Below are positions 1 to 12,100 of a stretch of 64,000 bases of DNA, piece by piece. The DNA is from Felis catus (lineage: Eukaryota). The notes under the pieces were generated by a model, which saw only the letters and a list, made by a program, of their open reading frames with translations, did no database searches and was not told where the DNA came from. The DNA is taken from NCBI RefSeq assembly GCF_018350175.1, contig NC_058369.1, positions 15,564,001 through 15,628,000 on the forward strand, in the 5' to 3' direction. Made by a program: the position numbers and the translations under genes. The first letter of the stretch is position 1. Each line of letters starts with the position of its first letter.

Positions 1-89
1 TGTATAGTATGAAAATATTTTACGTAGCACCTTTTTGTTTATTTTGAAAGCATATTTATTCCCAAATGTAACGTGTCCCTTCGTTTCAG

Positions 90-123
90 GTCCACCGGTT
101 TGCTCTTCCCGTGTTACATGGCT
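90..123 (+). CDS. SACM1L: SACM1L exon 7 (34 nt) [11 protein letters not shown](F)
   Basis: tttcag acceptor; followed by U12-type donor GTATCCTT at 124. Confidence 0.93.
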
Positions 124-3100
124 GTATCCTTACATAGCGTCGCTCCTCGGTTATCTGGCAGTCTTTATGTCGGTATTTTTCATGGGGCAGATTTAGGAAC
201 AATCCCAGTTGTATGAGGAAAGCATTTTAGAATTAATCGAAATTGCTTTTGATAACAAAATCAAACCGCCATTAACATAAAAAAATCTTAGAATAGTGGT
301 TATACATGGGTCCCTTTCCTTTTTTTTTTTTTTTTTAATGAGCTCTTTAGACTGAATTATTCTCTCTGTTCAAGAATTCTGGGGCTGGCGGTTTAAAGAA
401 GGAGTACGCACACTTTGTTTTGTCTTCATTCGATTTTGTCCCAATAAACGAAGTAGTTCAAAGAGTAGTTTGAGCCTGGCTATTAAAAGGAAGACTTTCC
501 CTTCCCCTTAAAAAAGTTAGATTGAGGAACTAGGGTGACAAGCGATGTGGAGAGGAGAACGAACATGAAAAATTATATTGGTTATGCGAAATAACGAATC
601 TGTGAGAGTAGATGCTACACAAAGAATAATGCTCACTGGGGAAGGTCTGCGCACATGCAGAATTAATCATGAGTATCCAATTGTAAGTTCATTTTATATT
701 TTTTTAATATTTACTTATTTTGAGAGAGAGCGAGTGTGTGCTCGTGGGGCAAGGGCAGAGAGAGAGAGAGGAGCCCAAGCAGGCCCCGCACTGTCAGCGC
801 AGAGCCCGATGTAGGGTTCAGTAGCAGGAAGAGCAAAATCATGCCCTGAGCCAAGATCAAGAGTCGGCTTAACTCTTAACTGACTGTGCCACCCGGACAC
901 CCTGTTGGTTCACTTTAAAAACTTACCAGCGACATCAGGATTAAAATAGGGAAGCAGAGTGAGCTGCCGTTAAGGGAGAAGTCTGCCACTGAGTGCCCAT
1001 AGTCAGCACTGTGATTTCCCTGCAGAAACGGAGGTGATCTTTGTATCAGGTACCCCCAAGAAGTTTACTAAGGAAACAGTCTGTGATTTATATGCTCATT
1101 ACGTTAACATGATGTCTTTAAATTATTCTTGTTATACTTAAGGCAGAAAAAGTTTGGAGGAAACACTTTTCACAGTTGTGGGAGAATAAAAATGAGAAAC
1201 TCTGGGGATAAAAGCTCTTGTTTACTCGGTGTCTGTGCCCCCTCCCCTTCCCCGGAATATTTCTAAGTTCTCCTAAAACTAAAATAAACAACATATCTAG
1301 GTAGTGCTTTTAGGGGTTTGGGACAGTTGTGTGTGTGTGTGTGTGTGTTTCTAAAATGACATTGTGAATGGACAGATGGACAGCAATATCAGATGAGATT
1401 ACTTTTTCTGGGTGATTTTAGAAACAGCCTATCCGTTTGTTTAGCTTTAAATCTAAAGCCTTAAATTCGCCTTTGTTTAACGCAGTTTCAGTGTTTGACA
1501 TGCATGGAGAGAGGCGGGAACAGAGACCTGGAGGCAGGAAAAGGGGAGGTGGGAGCCACTCGTGGGAGGAGCCGAGTCCAGGTTATGCCCGGCCTTGTGG
1601 GCTTTGTCTGCACTGTAACCGTGACAAGAAACTTGGGATTCGCCGAGAGGACTGGCATGGTGAGACGGTCACTGTGACGGAGACAGAGAACAGGCCAAAG
1701 GCGGCCATGGGAGGATACAGGGGATAATTGGGAGACAGTTGCAGTAATCCAGGTGTGAGAGGTCGTGGTACCCGGGACCAGGACGGTAGCAGTGACACTG
1801 GTGGAGGTGGCCAGGTTCTAGAAGCTTCTGACAGATTGTACGTGGGGAATGCAAGAAGGGGGTTTAGCATGAATCCGAGGTCCATGGCCAGAGTAAGTGG
1901 AAGGGAGCCCTCCTCTGGAGGGTGGAAGAGCCTGGAGGCGGGACGGAGGCCAGAGGGTCCGGAGTCCCATTGGGACGCGCTGAGCTTGAGGTCTGTGTGG
2001 CTTCTAAGTAGGGGTGTCATGGAAGCGGATGGATTCAGGGACTGGCCTCTGCGAGGGAAGTTCACGTTGGAGATGTAAATTTGACAGTCCTCTGGGCACA
2101 GACGGCATTTAAAAAGCCGCAAAGCTGATGAGCTCATCGAAGGAATACGCGTAGAGAAGAGAAAAGGTCTTGGAGAAACAGAGAAGGTGGCCTGGAAGGA
2201 GTTCTAGAGAGCGAGGAAATGCTAGAGCCACGGACTGTAGGCCTCAGTGAGGACAAAGGGCCTGTGGAGTGGGGGCGTCGGTGTGAGGGAGCGTGAAGGG
2301 TGGGAGAAATGAAAATGAAGCAGCCAAGGCCAGTGAGGAAGAGGGGACCACGCAAGTGAGCGCGAGGTCCCCGAAGCAAGTGAGAAGACCGTCTGCAGGC
2401 GCGGGGGTCGTCGGGTGCTGGTTGGTCAAATACGGGCATTCGAGAGGGACCTTACGTACCTGCTTCCCCCACCCTCCTCCCCAGATGGGAGATGTTACCA
2501 GATGCCGACGAGAAGGATTTGGAGAAGGGGAAAACGGAAGGTGAGAGCACAGTCACACGCTGCAGTGATGTCTGTGAGCGTGTGACAGGTGGAGGCTAGT
2601 GCCCGGGCCCTCTGCCATTGTGGATGGGAAGCAGACGTGTGTACGCGGATGCTAGTTGGCAGACAGGTGTGGTGGGAGCACGCGGGCCTGGCTCTCATTC
2701 CCCCAGAGGAACAGGAAACAGTGGTGTGAGCGGAACGAGAGAGGATTGTTGCAGGCTGAGAACGTGTGGCATGGGCACCCAAGTGGCAGTGGATGGCCCT
2801 GGGCGGAACTCACTGGTAAAGACCGGAAGGAAGTAAATGTACTCACGTGGTAGAAGTTACATCATGGGGATGAGATGCTGTATGATTTTTACTTTCTCGT
2901 TTCTTCCGTGCTCTCTGGATTTTCTAAAGTGTATGTAGATTTGTCTTGTAATCAGAGGAAATGATTCGTAAAGCAGTCAGTCATATTCTATGCTACGCTT
3001 AGTTCTCTAAGGGCAGGCTCCTGTCTGACTCATCTTTGTGCCCTGGCCCGAAATAGGGAATGGGTGAATGAGGGAAAGAATAAATACTGCCTCGGATTCT

Positions 3101-6100
3101 TCTTCGGTGCTGTGGGTTCTAAGGAAAAGTGAATTGGGAGCTCAGGATGAGTCAATGTTACGTCTGATGGTGTCAGGTCAAAGAGAGGGATGAATCATTA
3201 GGAATTCATACCGCTCGTGTCCCTCAGTACCATCATTTTGAAAGTGACTTGGCATTCTCTTGTGAACTTACCAGAACTTCCCCTGTGCCTACCCAGTAGG
3301 TTTATACCAGGAGGTGTTTACGGGAGTGTTCACAGCACCACTTACTAACCTAACGTGAGTTCCGTCAAAGAAGAGTTAGGGCTTTCGCAGTGTGGTCCTT
3401 ACAGATGGCGCAGGGCACTGAGGAGGAGGGGACTACTGGCTCACGCTGTCCCAGCATGAATCTCGGGAACCTACTGGTGGAAATAAGGGCTGAAGTTTAT
3501 CAAGAATGTGGTGCTTTTTTATAAAACTCAAATATAAGCAGGCCACGTGTTCTTAAGTCACAGTCGCGGGTGGTGAAATTAAAAAGGCAGGATGAAGGGG
3601 TGCCTGGGTGTCTCAGGTTAAGTGTCCAACTCTTGATTTCGGCTCAGGTCGTGAGCTCGTGGTTCGTGAGATCGAGCCCCACGTCAGGCTCGACATGTCT
3701 CATGTCTGTGCTGACAGCGCGGAGCCTGCTTACTTCTGGGCAAGAAAATACTTGGATGCGTTGGAGAAGGAACAGATAATTAGACTCAGGGTTTCGGTAC
3801 TGTTCTGAAGTTGGACAGTAAGTTCGTAGATAATTTGAGTCAAGTTACATGTTAAGAAAGTGTTACCTATAAAAAAGAAGCATGGGGCAAACCCAAATAA
3901 ATGAGGAAGGAAGGAAGATAAGGCCGTTGAGACGATGAAAGAAGCCTTTCTGTTACACGTACAGACAGATGAAGCAGTGGTAGAGACCAAGAGTCAGAGT
4001 CGTCCTTTAGAGAACTTGGCACTTCCTGATACAATCAGATGACAAGTATAGCCCGTGGCCTGGCAGTGCCGTCCCCATGTCCGGGTGCAGGGACGTTTGC
4101 CGCCCCACCGATGCCAGCTAGAACCGGAAGCAGCCTGGACAGTAGGACGGACAAGCCAGTGCGGCCAGTAGGCACGCGGTGGATAGAACACGGCCGTAGC
4201 AGCAAGCGAGCCGCACGCGTGTCGTGGAACAGATACGGCGAGCCCGGAGAGCATACGCAGGAGAGTTCCTTTTATGTGAGAAGGGTTAAAAACGATCCGC
4301 CTCAACCACAGATTGCTCGGTGCAGAGCTAGAAAGACCAGCGAGGGAGTGATGGGGCTGAGTGGGTGGTGGCCCTCACTTGGAGGGCGGGACGCAGGGGA
4401 GCTAGATGCAGGGGGGTGACTGACCACTCTGGGTGCGTGGGGGTGCTGGGGGCACACGCGTGGGTGGGCGTGTGCGTGTATGTGATGGTTTTTGTGACGC
4501 TCAGACATCCTTCACCGCGATCGGCCGTGTTGGCCAATTCTAAGCGTACAGTTCAGTAAGTGGCATTTCATTCATAATGAGGCACGAAGAGCATCAGACC
4601 GTCTCCTTCAGCCCAACCGCAAGTCCTCTGTCCCTGAAGCAGTAGCTCCCCAGACGTGGCTGTTTTTGTAAATACTTCGATACACTGTGTAGTTTTTTTC
4701 TCTTTATTGTATCTCCTAATAACACCGTTTTAACGGAAGAGGTCCGCCCTCTCCAGAAGCTCCTTCACCCTGGCCAGGAGGTGGAGAGGCCCGTGCCCTG
4801 GGAGTTTGCAGGGGTGGAGGCCTCTGCACGGCCGAGCGGGAGCGGGCAAGTGTCCAGCACGTGCCATTGCCGGGTCTGTTGGGGACACAGTTTTTATGTT
4901 AGGAAAAGCTTTTGAGGGAGCTGCTCTTTTTCCATCTTCAGTTTCACTTTTCCTGTTTCAAGGAAAAAGTAGAGTCAAAGTGTGTTGGTGGATAATCCTT
5001 AATTCACAGTTTGATCTGTAAATCTTCACAGGCTTACCGTTGTGGGTACTTTATATTCGTAATTAACGAATATGACGTATTTTTGTTTTTCTTTCAAATT
5101 GCAGTAGCCAGGTCCCCCCTCCCCCCCCCCTTTTTTTTCCCCATTTCTTACTTGAAGGCAAAACTATTTTAAAGTTACGTTTTTCATTCAGGGTAGGTTT
5201 TTTGGTGATGTGGGTAATACTTTACTTTTAGAAAGCGGCTGAGGCTAGCAGGGAAAGGAAATCATATTATTTAAATAGAAACAGTGTAATGAACCACTTA
5301 AACATACTGTCTGTATGTCCTTGTATACAGGCTTGCTGACTTGACCAAACTTCACAATTGAATAGCACAGTGCTAAAGGCTCGTGAATATTCACGAAGAA
5401 CGCCAAAAGAATGCATATTTTTCACCCTTTTTTCTTCCTAAAGATGGAGTCGTTCTGGCTGGGGTAAATGGACTCAAATGTCACCTGGAAATAATGCATA
5501 CGATTTCTATGAATGTTATATTTTTCTTAATGGAGCTAAGTTATTACTATGCACTCGTGTTCTATTAACGGAAAATACTTTGATTGGATTCTCATCTCGA
5601 GGAGGAGTTGTTTCAGAGCTGGTGTGCGCTATTATGTAAGAGGTGAGGTTAACTTTGTCAGCGTGATTCAGTACCGGGTGGTCTCTATCCCTCATCCATG
5701 TTTTGTCCTACGGTGACTCGAATGTAACCTTTCGTATTCTGTTTCCATTATCATTTGATAGCCTCACTAAATACTTATCTCCTGCTTCATTATAATAATT
5801 AGGTAGGTCTTCTGTGCTTTAACCCAGCTACTGCAGTTACAGCGGAGGTGTTAATGAGACCCTGTAGGCTGCTGCTTACCGCTTTGAGAGGAATTGTTCG
5901 TGTTATTTGCCGGATGTCTGAAAGCCAGCTGGACTCTGAGTAGTTCTCAGTAACCTAAACTCCTGTCAGAAAGTATTTTCTCTTAATTGCTTTTGGCTCC
6001 TTTGCATGCATAAAGCTAGACCTTTGACCGTATGCCTGCAACTTTAAAGATTTACGTTTTGAGCATTTAGCCCCTAGGGTTTGTACTAGCAACATGCTAA

Positions 6101-9100
6101 TTTGCTTAAACCCAGCTTTTAAAAGCTGCCTTGAAAATTAGGGACATTATGAAAAGGAGTTTCTCTGACTCGTCTTATTTATTTATTTTTTTTTTATAGG
6201 CCAGGCTATATCGGAATGAAATCCTATGGACCGTTAGATAAATTGTAGAAGTTTTAGGCCAGGAAGTTGTCAAGGTTATTCCCTTATTACGGGTGAAATA
6301 GCAGAAGAAAGGCACTTAGTAAGTGACCTGGCCAAGATCGCAGAACCAGAATTGGAGTTAGCGACTCCTTCCTGAGTAGATTGTTTTGGATGGAGACATA
6401 TGTTGAATTAAAAATTTTGAGTAAGTAATGTATTCACATAGTTCAGGTATCAAAAAGTATACGCATATGTGCAGCAAAAAACATTTCTCGTTTTTTGAGC
6501 CCATCCACTCGATATTCCTCCACTACCAGCCAATCAGTTGTTAGTTCCTGTTTATCCTTCCAGATCATTTTTACGCTGTTTCGGTTGTATGTTCTCCTTC
6601 TCCTCTTATAGACATTGATTTGTATGCTCTGCCCATTTTCTTGCACCTTGTTTTTTTCTGTTTTTTAAATCCATATATCTTGGAAATCTTTTCATAAAGG
6701 TCTGCCTCCCTTCCTCTCTCCCTCCCTCCCTGCACCCTACCCCCTCCATGCACACCGACCTCACTCTCATTTCTAAAAGTATTCCTTAATGGGAATTACG
6801 GAAAGAACCAAGTATACGATGCTTCTGACAAGTAATTTTAGCAGGTATTGAGTTCTTAAAAAAAAAAAAAAAAAATTAAAAAGCCGGGAGGCACGCCTGG
6901 CTGGCTCATCGGTGGAGCAAGCGACTCTTAATCTTGGGGTCATGAGTTCGAGCCCTGTGTTGGGTGTAGAGATTACTGAAAAATAAAATCTTAAGAAAAA
7001 GAAAAAGTGTTGAGAAAGCATTTCACTGCTAATTTGATTCAGTAATTTTGTCCCCATCAATATTAACAAAAACAGCTACCAACCCTCAAAATGTTGTTTG
7101 ATAAATAGATCAAATAGAAAGGACATTAAGAAATATGAGGTGGTTAAAAATCTATTGATTTAAAAAAAATTTTTTTTAATGTTTATTCATTATTGAGAGA
7201 TAGAAACTGAGCATGAGCAGGGGAGGGGCAGAGAGAGGGGGAGACACAGAATCTGAAGCAGGCTCCAGGCTCTGAGCTGTCAGCACAGAGCCCAACGCGG
7301 GGCTCGAACTCACCAACCGTGAGATCATGACCTGAGCCGACGTCGGACGCTCAACTGACTGAGCCACCCAGGGGCCCCAGAGAATTTGTTTTTTCTTGAA
7401 AATATTTCTCAAGTTTGAAGGACGCTGTTTTAGAGGAATTGTGCGTGTACAAACAACTGACACATTAGTGACCCACTTCACCTGTTTATCGATCGGTCGT
7501 TAATACCCCCCTTAAGCCTGTTCAGAGGAGTGAGCCGCTGGTAGCTTTCTGATCATGGACCACGTGTATGTCTGAAATTTATTTTTACAAGTACTTTCTC
7601 ACTAACTACAGTCGACTTAATTCCTTCTTAGTTAAACTGGATGTGTTTCTTACGTCATAAATACCGTTAACTTTAACTTTTTTCCAATTCAGGAATTGAT
7701 TCTGAAGGCCATGCAGCCAACTTTGTAGAAACAGAGCAAATTGTGCACTACAATGGGAGCAGGGCTTCTTTTGTGCAGGCAAGTGGCAAGTGGATGTGTC
7801 TGTGAGGCAGCCCGCCAGCTGCTGCTTTTGCTTGGATCGTAACCTTCTGCGCTGTTGTTGAAGTTGCCCTCCTCCTTGCTGCTTTTTAAAGCGGCACCGT
7901 CTACAATGTGGAAAAAGTTCACTCAGTGCAAGCTACTCCGTTAACCTGGCACTCACCTGCCCGTGAATTGAATCCCGAAGGAGAGGGGAGGGGAGGAGAT
8001 TCAAAGGTTACGGAAGGGGAGCCGCCTGTCTGCCCCACCCTCCAGACTTCAAGGCGCTGGTGATGGGGCCCCTGCCCGTGTGATGGCTTTTCCCACCCTG
8101 CACTTCTTCGTGGGACAGCCTGTCTCTTGCTGTCTCCTTGTGGGGTCATGGGTCATTTGCTGCTCCAGAGGAACAGCAGTGGCTCAGGCTATTCACAGGT
8201 TCATGAACTACTCATTCGGGAATGAATAAAGCAGTTTTCTGGTTTTATCATAATACCATATTCTGTAAGACATAACTTACTAAGTTTTACTTGTAGATAA
8301 ATTGACTTATTTTAGAGTTTAGGGGAAACAGAACTGTTTGTTGCCCAGGGACCAGGTACATAAGACCAAGGAGAAAAAGTCCTTTCCGAATACATTCCTA
8401 CAAAATAGGAACTTGGGGAGTAGGCAAGTTCACGGACTCTTTCATGGTTGTAGGTTGTATTTAATTTTTTTTCCTTTGTAGTCAGTGACACACACGCGCC
8501 CCTGACAGTAAGTTAGCTGAGACAGTAAGTTAGCTGAGACAGGTGTGTGTGTGTATTTTCATATTTTCACATTTCTCTCTCTTTTCTTTTAGACTCGAGG
8601 GTCAATACCACTTTTCTGGTCTCAAAGACCAAATCTCAAGTACAAACCGCTGCCGCTGATCAACAAAGTAGCAAATCATGTGAGTATCTTCTGTGCTTTT
8701 TTCATTGGCTAAAAATAGGAGCTGAGTGGCATCATAGTTTGCATGTGGAGCACATACTTATTTCTTGCACGTCAGAATCCAGCATCTCTGCCGCCTCTTT
8801 CCTGGGTTCTGGCGCCCAGTGAACCTCTGACCCACGGGCTGTAGGGACGGCCTGTTGGAAATGCAGAGAACAAGCTGATCGAACGGGATGGCAAATTTGG
8901 GTTTTTGAGCTCTCGTAACATTTGCCGCTTCGTGCCGTTCCGAGTACCTAGTGTATTCTGTTCGACGTTGTGCGCAGAACGAAAGTATAGTATTGCAGCT
9001 CAAAATTGAATGGCTTGGAGTTAGTTTATCACACGGTATTTAGAGGACCTGGTCTCAATCTTAGTGCCAGTCTCTTGAATATACAAATAGGACGTTTAAA

Positions 9101-12100
9101 GAGATCCTTGAAAAATTGTATAAATGTTCTTATAGTATAATCTGGTAAAGTGTGTAACCCTTTTTTCTTTCTAGATGGATGGTTTCCAAAGGCATTTTGA
9201 TTCACAAGTCATTATTTATGGAAAACAAGTAATAATCAATCTGGTATGTGTCTTACATGTTTCTTGGGGGGAACAAAACAAAAAAGTCTTAAAATATGTA
9301 ACATCTTTCATTATAACTGTTTTTAAGTGTGCAGTTCAGTGGTATAATGTGTTTTACAGTGTTGTGCAACCATCACAATTGACCGTTGCCAGAAGTTTTC
9401 ATCATACCAAGCAGAAACTCAGTATCCATTAAACAGTAACTCCTCTCCCGTCAGCCCCTGGTAACTGTTCTACTAGCTCTCTCTATATTTTCCTATTCTA
9501 GGTACCCCACGTAGGTGGATCATAGAATATTTATTCCTTTGGCTCTTGTTTCTTTTACCGACTTAATGTTTTTAAGGTCTGTCTGTCCATGTTACAGCAC
9601 GTATCAAAATTTCATTCCTTTTCAAGACTGAGTGACACTCCATTGTATGTACCATATTTCGTTTACCCATTTGTCTGTGGATGGACATGGGGTTGTTTCT
9701 GCATTTTAGCTGTTGTGAATAATGCTGCTCTGAACCCTGACGTGCAAGTATGTAGTTGAGTTCCTGCTTTCAGTCCTTTTAGGGCTACACCTAGAAGTGG
9801 AATTGCCGGATTGTATGATAGTTCTAGGTTTAACGTTTTAAGGAACCGCCGTCCTGTTCTTGACCGTGGCTGCACGTTTTACATTCCCAACGGCAGTGCA
9901 CCCGCATTCCAGCTTCTCCACATCCTTGCCAACAGTTGGATTTTTCAGGATTTGTTTTGTTTTTTGATTATAACCATCTTTATGGGGGTGGAATGCTATG
10001 TCATAGTGGTTTTGATTGGCATTTCTCTGGTGACTAATGACATTGAGCACCTTTTCATGTGCATTTTGGACATTTGTAGGTCTTAGGAGAAGCATCTTCT
10101 CGAGTACTTTGCTCACTTTTTTTTTTTTTAATTTTTTTTTTTCAACGTTTATTTATTTTTGGGACAGAGAGAGACAGAGCATGAACGGGGGAGGGGCAGA
10201 GAGAGAGGGAGACACAGAATCGGAAACAGGCTCCAGGCTCTGAGCCATCAGCCCAGAGCCCGACGCGGGGCTCGAACTCACGGACCGCGAGATCGTGACT
10301 TGGCTGAAGTCGGACGCTTAACCGACTGCGCCACCCAGGCGCCCCTGCTCACTTTTAATCAGGTTGTTGTTTTTGTTGTTTTGTTGAGTTACGGTAGTTC
10401 TTTATATATTCTGGAACGAATCCCTTCGTAGAGATGCTTTGCAGATATTTTCTCCCATTCTTTGGGTTGTTTTTGAGAACTGCTAGTTGTAGGTCTATTC
10501 AGATTTTGTTTTTTCAAGATTAATGTTTTGGTAGATTGTTTCTAGAAATGTGTCCATTTCATGTAGTTGTCCAGTTCATTGACATACAAATGCTCATAGA
10601 ATTCTCTTATGAACCTTTTTTATTTCTTCAGAATTGGTAGTAATGTACTAGAATCATTCCTGATTTTAGTAAGTTGAGTCTCTCTTTTTTGTCTTGGTCA
10701 TTATAGCTAAAAGTTTGTCAATGTTGTTGATCTTTTCAAAGAACCAAATTTTGGTTTCAATGGTGTCTCTCTGGTTTTCTGTACTTTATTGTATTTATCT
10801 CTGCTCTAATCTTTATTTGCTTCCCTTTGCTAGCTTTGAGTTTCATTTGCTCATCTCTTTCTGGTTCTTTAAAGTGTAAGGTGAAGTCCTTGATTTAAGG
10901 TCTTATTTTTTTAATGTGTATGTTTATAGTTGTAAATTTCCTTTGGTGTACTGCTTTTGCTGTATTTCATAAGTTTTGGTATATTTTTAGTTGTCTCCAG
11001 TTATTTTTTAGTTTCTCTTGTGATTTCTTCCTTAACGTAGTGTTTAAGAGTGTGCTGTTTAATTTCCACGTATTTATGAAATTTCTGGTTTTCCTTGTTA
11101 TGAGGGTTAGCTTCATTCCACCGTGATCAGAAAACATACTTTGTGTGACAGTTATTTTAAACATAGTTAAGACTTGTTTTGTGGCCTAAACATAATCTAT
11201 CTTGGAAACTGTTCATGCATGCACACTTGAGAAAAATGTATCTTCGGTGGTGTTTTGGGTGGAGTGTGTGTTTGCTGGGTCTGATTCGTCTGTGGTGTTT
11301 AGCTTCTCTGTTTTCTTGTCAATCTTCCGTCTGGTTGTGCTCTCCATTGTTGAAAGGGAGCTGTTGAAATCTCTAAGTGTTATTGTAGACATGTTTATTT
11401 CTCTCTTCAGTTCTTTCAGTGTTCCTTCATGTTTTTGGGCTCTGATGTTTGGTGCATATATATCTCGCGTGTTTGAGCTTTTTGGTGAATTGACTCTTTT
11501 ATCACTATATAGTGTTCTTCTTTGTCCTCATAACAGGTTTTGACTTAAAGTCTATTTAATCTGATGTTGATAGAGCCACCCCTGCCCTGTTTTGATTACT
11601 ATTTGCACGGACTATCTTTCCATCCTCTCCTTTTCAACTAATTTGTGTCTTTTGATCTAAAGTGAGTGTCTTGTACAGCATATGGTTGGATCAGATTTTT
11701 TAATTCATTCTGTCTGTGCCTTTTGATTAGAGAGTTAACCCATTTATATTTAAAGTAATTACTTATTTGTAAAGACTTATTTCTGCCATTTTGCTCTGTT
11801 TTCTGTATGTCTTTTTTTATCCCTTGTCTCCCTCCATTACTGTCTTCTTTTGTGTTGAAATGTTTTGTACTTCTGTATTTTGATTACCTTCTCGTTTTCT
11901 TTTGTGTATATTCTACAGATACTTCCTCTTTGGTTACCGTGAGGATTACATATAATGTCATGAAGTTATAATATTTAATTTGAATTAAAGGTTCAGGTTG
12001 ATACCAACCTGACTTCAGTTTGCTTACAAAACTCTACTCCTGTAAAGCTTTGTCCCTCCGCTTTATGTTATTAATGTCTCACATTACATCTGTTTCCTTT

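Larger units (their letters stand above)
124..5540 (+). other. U12-type (minor spliceosome) GT-AG intron of SACM1L
   Basis: 5' site GTATCCTT; TTTCTTAAT branch motif ~10 nt before terminal AAG; no polypyrimidine tract. Confidence 0.9.

Noticed and set aside
6887..7006. tRNA-like A/B box sequences (also at 63192)
   Set aside because: tRNA-derived SINE heads with A-rich tails; no complete cloverleaf.
8504..8542. Direct repeats resembling a CRISPR-like array
   Set aside because: Adjacent 17-bp tandem duplication with no spacers, in a mammalian intron.
10159..10431. Recurring peptides such as [17 protein letters not shown] and [12 protein letters not shown] in many ORFs
   Set aside because: Can-SINE consensus translations, not a gene family.
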